The notes below the pieces were generated by a model. The model saw nothing but the letters and a program-made list of their open reading frames with translations, was not told the DNA's origin and did no database searches. The translations under genes were made by a program, and so were the position numbers. From NCBI RefSeq assembly GCF_059817305.1, contig NZ_CM187540.1: a stretch of DNA of 32,000 nucleotides. One strand, given 5' to 3'. Below, in pieces: positions 28,631-32,000 of the stretch; positions within the stretch are counted from its first letter, which is position 1; each line of letters opens with the position of its first letter.

Positions 28631-29836
28631 ATGTTTCATCTCGATACTTTAGCAACGCTTGTTGCCGCAACGCTGACGTTGCTGCTCGGGCGTAAGTTGG
28701 TCCATTCCGTCTCCTTTTTGAAGAAATACACCATACCGGAACCAGTTGCGGGTGGTTTGTTGGTGGCGCTGGCGCTACTGGTACTGAAAAAAAGCATGGG
28801 CTGGGAAGTCAACTTTGATATGTCCCTGCGCGATCCGTTAATGCTGGCATTCTTCGCCACCATTGGCCTGAACGCCAACATTGCCAGTTTGCGTGCCGGT
28901 GGGCGTGTGGTTGGCATCTTCTTGATTGTGGTTGTTGGTCTGTTGGTGATGCAAAATGCCATTGGCATTGGTATGGCTAGCCTGTTAGGGCTTGATCCGC
29001 TGATGGGGCTGCTGGCCGGTTCTATTACGCTTTCCGGCGGTCACGGTACGGGAGCAGCATGGAGTAAATTGTTCATTGAACGTTATGGCTTCACCAATGC
29101 GACGGAAGTGGCGATGGCCTGTGCGACGTTTGGTCTGGTGCTGGGCGGCTTGATTGGCGGTCCGGTAGCGCGCTATCTGGTGAAACACTCCACCACGCCG
29201 AACGGTATTCCGGATGACCAGGAAGTCCCGACGGCGTTCGAAAAGCCGGATGTGGGCCGCATGATCACCTCGCTGGTGCTGATTGAAACTATCGCGCTGA
29301 TTGCTATCTGCCTGACGGTGGGGAAAATTGTTGCGCAACTTTTGGCTGGCACTGCTTTTGAACTGCCGACCTTCGTCTGTGTACTGTTTGTTGGCGTGAT
29401 TCTGAGCAACGGTCTGTCAATGATGGGCTTTTACCGCGTCTTTGAGCGTGCGGTATCCGTGCTTGGTAACGTAAGCCTGTCGTTGTTCCTGGCGATGGCG
29501 CTGATGGGGCTGAAACTATGGGAGCTGGCTTCGCTGGCGCTGCCGATGCTGGCGATTCTGGTGGTACAGACCATCTTCATGGCGTTGTATGCCATCTTCG
29601 TTACCTGGCGCATGATGGGCAAAAACTACGATGCGGCAGTGCTGGCTGCGGGTCATTGTGGTTTTGGCCTCGGTGCAACGCCAACGGCAATCGCCAACAT
29701 GCAGGCGATCACTGAACGTTTTGGCCCGTCGCACATGGCGTTCCTGGTAGTGCCGATGGTCGGTGCGTTCTTTATTGATATCGTTAACGCGCTGGTGATT
29801 AAGCTGTATTTAATGTTGCCGATTTTTGCCGGTTAA
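28631..29836 (+). CDS. gltS: Sodium/glutamate symporter GltS
   Basis: 401 aa, MFHLDTLATLVAATLTLLLGRKLVHSVSFLKKYTIPEPVAGGLLVALALL...; recognised as GltS. Confidence 0.97.
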   Translation: MFHLDTLATLVAATLTLLLGRKLVHSVSFLKKYTIPEPVAGGLLVALALLVLKKSMGWEVNFDMSLRDPLMLAFFATIGLNANIASLRAGGRVVGIFLIVVVGLLVMQNAIGIGMASLLGLDPLMGLLAGSITLSGGHGTGAAWSKLFIERYGFTNATEVAMACATFGLVLGGLIGGPVARYLVKHSTTPNGIPDDQEVPTAFEKPDVGRMITSLVLIETIALIAICLTVGKIVAQLLAGTAFELPTFVCVLFVGVILSNGLSMMGFYRVFERAVSVLGNVSLSLFLAMALMGLKLWELASLALPMLAILVVQTIFMALYAIFVTWRMMGKNYDAAVLAAGHCGFGLGATPTAIANMQAITERFGPSHMAFLVVPMVGAFFIDIVNALVIKLYLMLPIFAG

Positions 29837-29844
29837 CCGATGAA

Positions 29845-29866
29845 GCGGCGGTCTTCTCACCGCCGC
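29845..29866. terminator. Terminator hairpin between convergent gltS and recG
   Basis: GCGGCGGT-cttctc-ACCGCCGC followed by CTTTT, immediately after the gltS stop. Confidence 0.75.
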
Positions 29867-29869
29867 CTT

Positions 29870-31951
29870 TTACGCATTCGAGTAACGTTCCGTCTCCGGC
29901 ATCCAGCGTTCTATCAGGGCTTTTGCCTGTTGTGGGTAACGTTCGTGAATATGTCGCGCCAGGCGCTGAACTTCCGGGATCATCGCCTGATCGCGCAGTA
30001 AATCCGCCACTTTAAACTCAGCATTACCCGTCTGACGCGTACCTAACAGTTCACCCGGTCCGCGAATCTCTAAGTCTTTCTGTGCAATCACAAAACCGTC
30101 GTTGCTGTCGCGCAGTACCTGCAGGCGAATTTGCGCCGTTTTAGAGAGCGGTGTTTTGTAGAGCAACACGCAGTGAGAAGCCACCGCACCACGACCTACA
30201 CGCCCGCGAAGCTGGTGCAACTGCGCCAGACCCAGACGCTCCGGGTTTTCGATAATCATCAGGCTGGCGTTAGGCACATCAACGCCGACTTCAATAACGG
30301 TAGTGGCAACCAGCAGGTGTAACTCGCCTTGTTTAAATGATGCCATGACGGCCTGCTTCTCGGCTGGTTTCATCCGTCCGTGTACCAGACCAACATTCAA
30401 CTCTGGTAGCGCCAGTTTCAACTCTTCCCAGGTAGCTTCCGCCGCCTGCGCTTCCAGTAACTCTGACTCTTCAATGAGTGTGCACACCCAGTACGCCTGA
30501 CGCCCTTCAGTCATACAGGCGTGGCGCACGCGGTCGATAATGTCGTTACGACGCGTATCCGGGATTGCCACTGTCGTCACTGGCGTGCGGCCTGGCGGCA
30601 GCTCATCTATCACCGAGGTATCGAGATCGGCATACGCGGTCATCGCCAGCGTGCGGGGGATCGGCGTCGCGGTCATGATCAACTGATGCGGATGGAAGCC
30701 CTGCTGCTGGCCTTTCTCCCATAACGCCAGACGCTGATGCACGCCAAAACGATGCTGTTCGTCGATAATCACCAGCGCCAGGCCGTTAAACTGCACCTGT
30801 TCCTGGAAGATGGCGTGTGTTCCGACAATCATCTGCACCTGACCGCTGGCGATGGCTTCCTGCTGTGCCAGCCGTGCTTTACCTTTCTGTTTACCGGCGA
30901 GCCAGCCCACTTCGATACCGAGCGGTGCAAACCAGTTGCGGAAGTTATTGGCGTGCTGTTCGGCGAGTAATTCGGTTGGTGCCATCAATGCCACCTGTTT
31001 GCCGTGGGCAATCGCACGCAGCGCGGCGAGGGCAGCGACCAGCGTTTTACCGGAACCTACATCGCCCTGTACCAGGCGCATCATCGGCGCATCCAGCGCC
31101 ATATCGCGCTCGATCTCCGCCACCACGCGTGCCTGTGCGCCCGTTGGCTTGAACGGTAAGGCTGCGAGGAGTTTATTTTTCAGCGCGTCATTGGCGCTAA
31201 GCGGCTGGGCATGGAAACGTTGTGCACCAGCGCGTAACGCCAACATGCTGAGGTTGTGCGCAAGCAGTTCTTCCAGAATCAGACGGCGTTGTGCTGGATG
31301 CTGCCCGGTTTCGAGATCGCTAAGCTGTAGCGTCGGCGGCGGGCGGTGCAAAGTGCGCAACGCTTCCGGTAGCGTCATCATTCCTTGTGACAGTTCCGGC
31401 GGCAGGAGTTCTTCAATGGCGCAGGTGTCGAGCAGATCCAGCGCCTGATCGGTTAATTTACGCAGCGTGGCCTGCTTTACGCCTTCCGTAGTTGGGTAAA
31501 CCGGCGTGAGCGTTTCCTGTAATTCTGGCGTGCTGAGATCGCCCTGCACGCGGTATTCCGGGTGGATCATCTCCGCACCATATTTACCGCGCTTTGCTTC
31601 GCCATAAGCCAGTACACGGCGGCCCGTCGCCAGGCTATTTTTCATTGCCGCGTTGAAGTTGAAAAAGCGCATGGTGAGAATGCCGGAACCGTCGCTGATC
31701 TGGCAGGTCATCATCCGCCGACCGCCGAAGGAGATATTGCAATTCAGTACTTCGCCTTCTACCGTGGCATAAACGCCCGGTAGTAGTTCTCCGATGGGGT
31801 AGAGATGGGTGCGATCTTCGTAGCGCAGGGGAAGGTGTAAGAGTAGATCCTGCACGGTATGCAGGTTGATTTTCGCCAGCTTGTTACTAAGCGCTGCACC
31901 AACGCCCGTTAGGGAACTGAGCGGGACAGCATCTAACAGGCGACCTTTCAT
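29870..31951 (-). CDS. recG: ATP-dependent DNA helicase RecG
   Basis: 693 aa from the ATG at 31951 (MKGRLLDAVPLSSLTGVGAALSNKLAKINLHTVQDLLLHLPLRYEDRT...). Helicase motifs RLVQGDVGSGKTLVA, DEQHRFGV, MTATPIPRTL. Confidence 0.98.
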   Translation of the reverse strand: MKGRLLDAVPLSSLTGVGAALSNKLAKINLHTVQDLLLHLPLRYEDRTHLYPIGELLPGVYATVEGEVLNCNISFGGRRMMTCQISDGSGILTMRFFNFNAAMKNSLATGRRVLAYGEAKRGKYGAEMIHPEYRVQGDLSTPELQETLTPVYPTTEGVKQATLRKLTDQALDLLDTCAIEELLPPELSQGMMTLPEALRTLHRPPPTLQLSDLETGQHPAQRRLILEELLAHNLSMLALRAGAQRFHAQPLSANDALKNKLLAALPFKPTGAQARVVAEIERDMALDAPMMRLVQGDVGSGKTLVAALAALRAIAHGKQVALMAPTELLAEQHANNFRNWFAPLGIEVGWLAGKQKGKARLAQQEAIASGQVQMIVGTHAIFQEQVQFNGLALVIIDEQHRFGVHQRLALWEKGQQQGFHPHQLIMTATPIPRTLAMTAYADLDTSVIDELPPGRTPVTTVAIPDTRRNDIIDRVRHACMTEGRQAYWVCTLIEESELLEAQAAEATWEELKLALPELNVGLVHGRMKPAEKQAVMASFKQGELHLLVATTVIEVGVDVPNASLMIIENPERLGLAQLHQLRGRVGRGAVASHCVLLYKTPLSKTAQIRLQVLRDSNDGFVIAQKDLEIRGPGELLGTRQTGNAEFKVADLLRDQAMIPEVQRLARHIHERYPQQAKALIERWMPETERYSNA

Positions 31952-31956
31952 GGTAC

Positions 31957-32000
31957 TTACCCTGCAGCTTGCATAGTGGCCCACCAGTCGGCATCGGCTT
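31957..32000 (-). CDS. trmH: 3' end of tRNA (guanosine-2'-O)-methyltransferase TrmH (partial)
   Basis: The minus strand at the right edge translates ADADWWATMQAAG*, with the TAA stop 5 nt before the recG ATG, consistent with the spoT-trmH-recG operon order. Confidence 0.8.
   Translation of the reverse strand, partial: ADADWWATMQAAG

Overview
The window is an E. coli/Shigella-type chromosomal segment around tRNA-Sec (selC). From about 16.8 kb to the right end it is ordinary backbone: yicS, nlpA, yicL, setC, selC, yicJ, yicI, yicH, xanP, gltS, recG and the 3' tip of trmH. From 1 to about 16.7 kb it is an accessory locus. It holds a very large inverse autotransporter (intimin/invasin-like) with at least 3,150 codons in the window and a 5' end outside it. 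Convergent to that is a HilA-like winged-helix/TPR regulator, then an operon encoding SicA/IpgC-, SipB/IpaB-, SipC/IpaC- and SipD/IpaD-like proteins. The gene content matches the eip/eilA/air (eaeX) locus described in enteroaggregative and phylogroup D-type E. coli, so the core system is not new. The most interesting details are: (1) the 246-nt gap between the chaperone and EipB genes is not empty; it contains a start-codon-proximal small ORF whose apparent continuation lies in the -1 frame, with a perfect TTTAAAA heptamer in register at the change point; (2) the adhesin carries exactly 16 uninterrupted, in-register 291-bp (97-codon) Ig-like repeats with mosaic variant motifs; (3) the SipD-like protein is unusually long, with a Pro/Ser/Asp-rich insert; (4) a short relic resembling the middle of RhuM-family proteins lies 3' of an intact selC, suggesting a lost selC-inserted island. 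I found no CRISPR array, no intact transposase or integrase, and no T3SS apparatus genes in the window.
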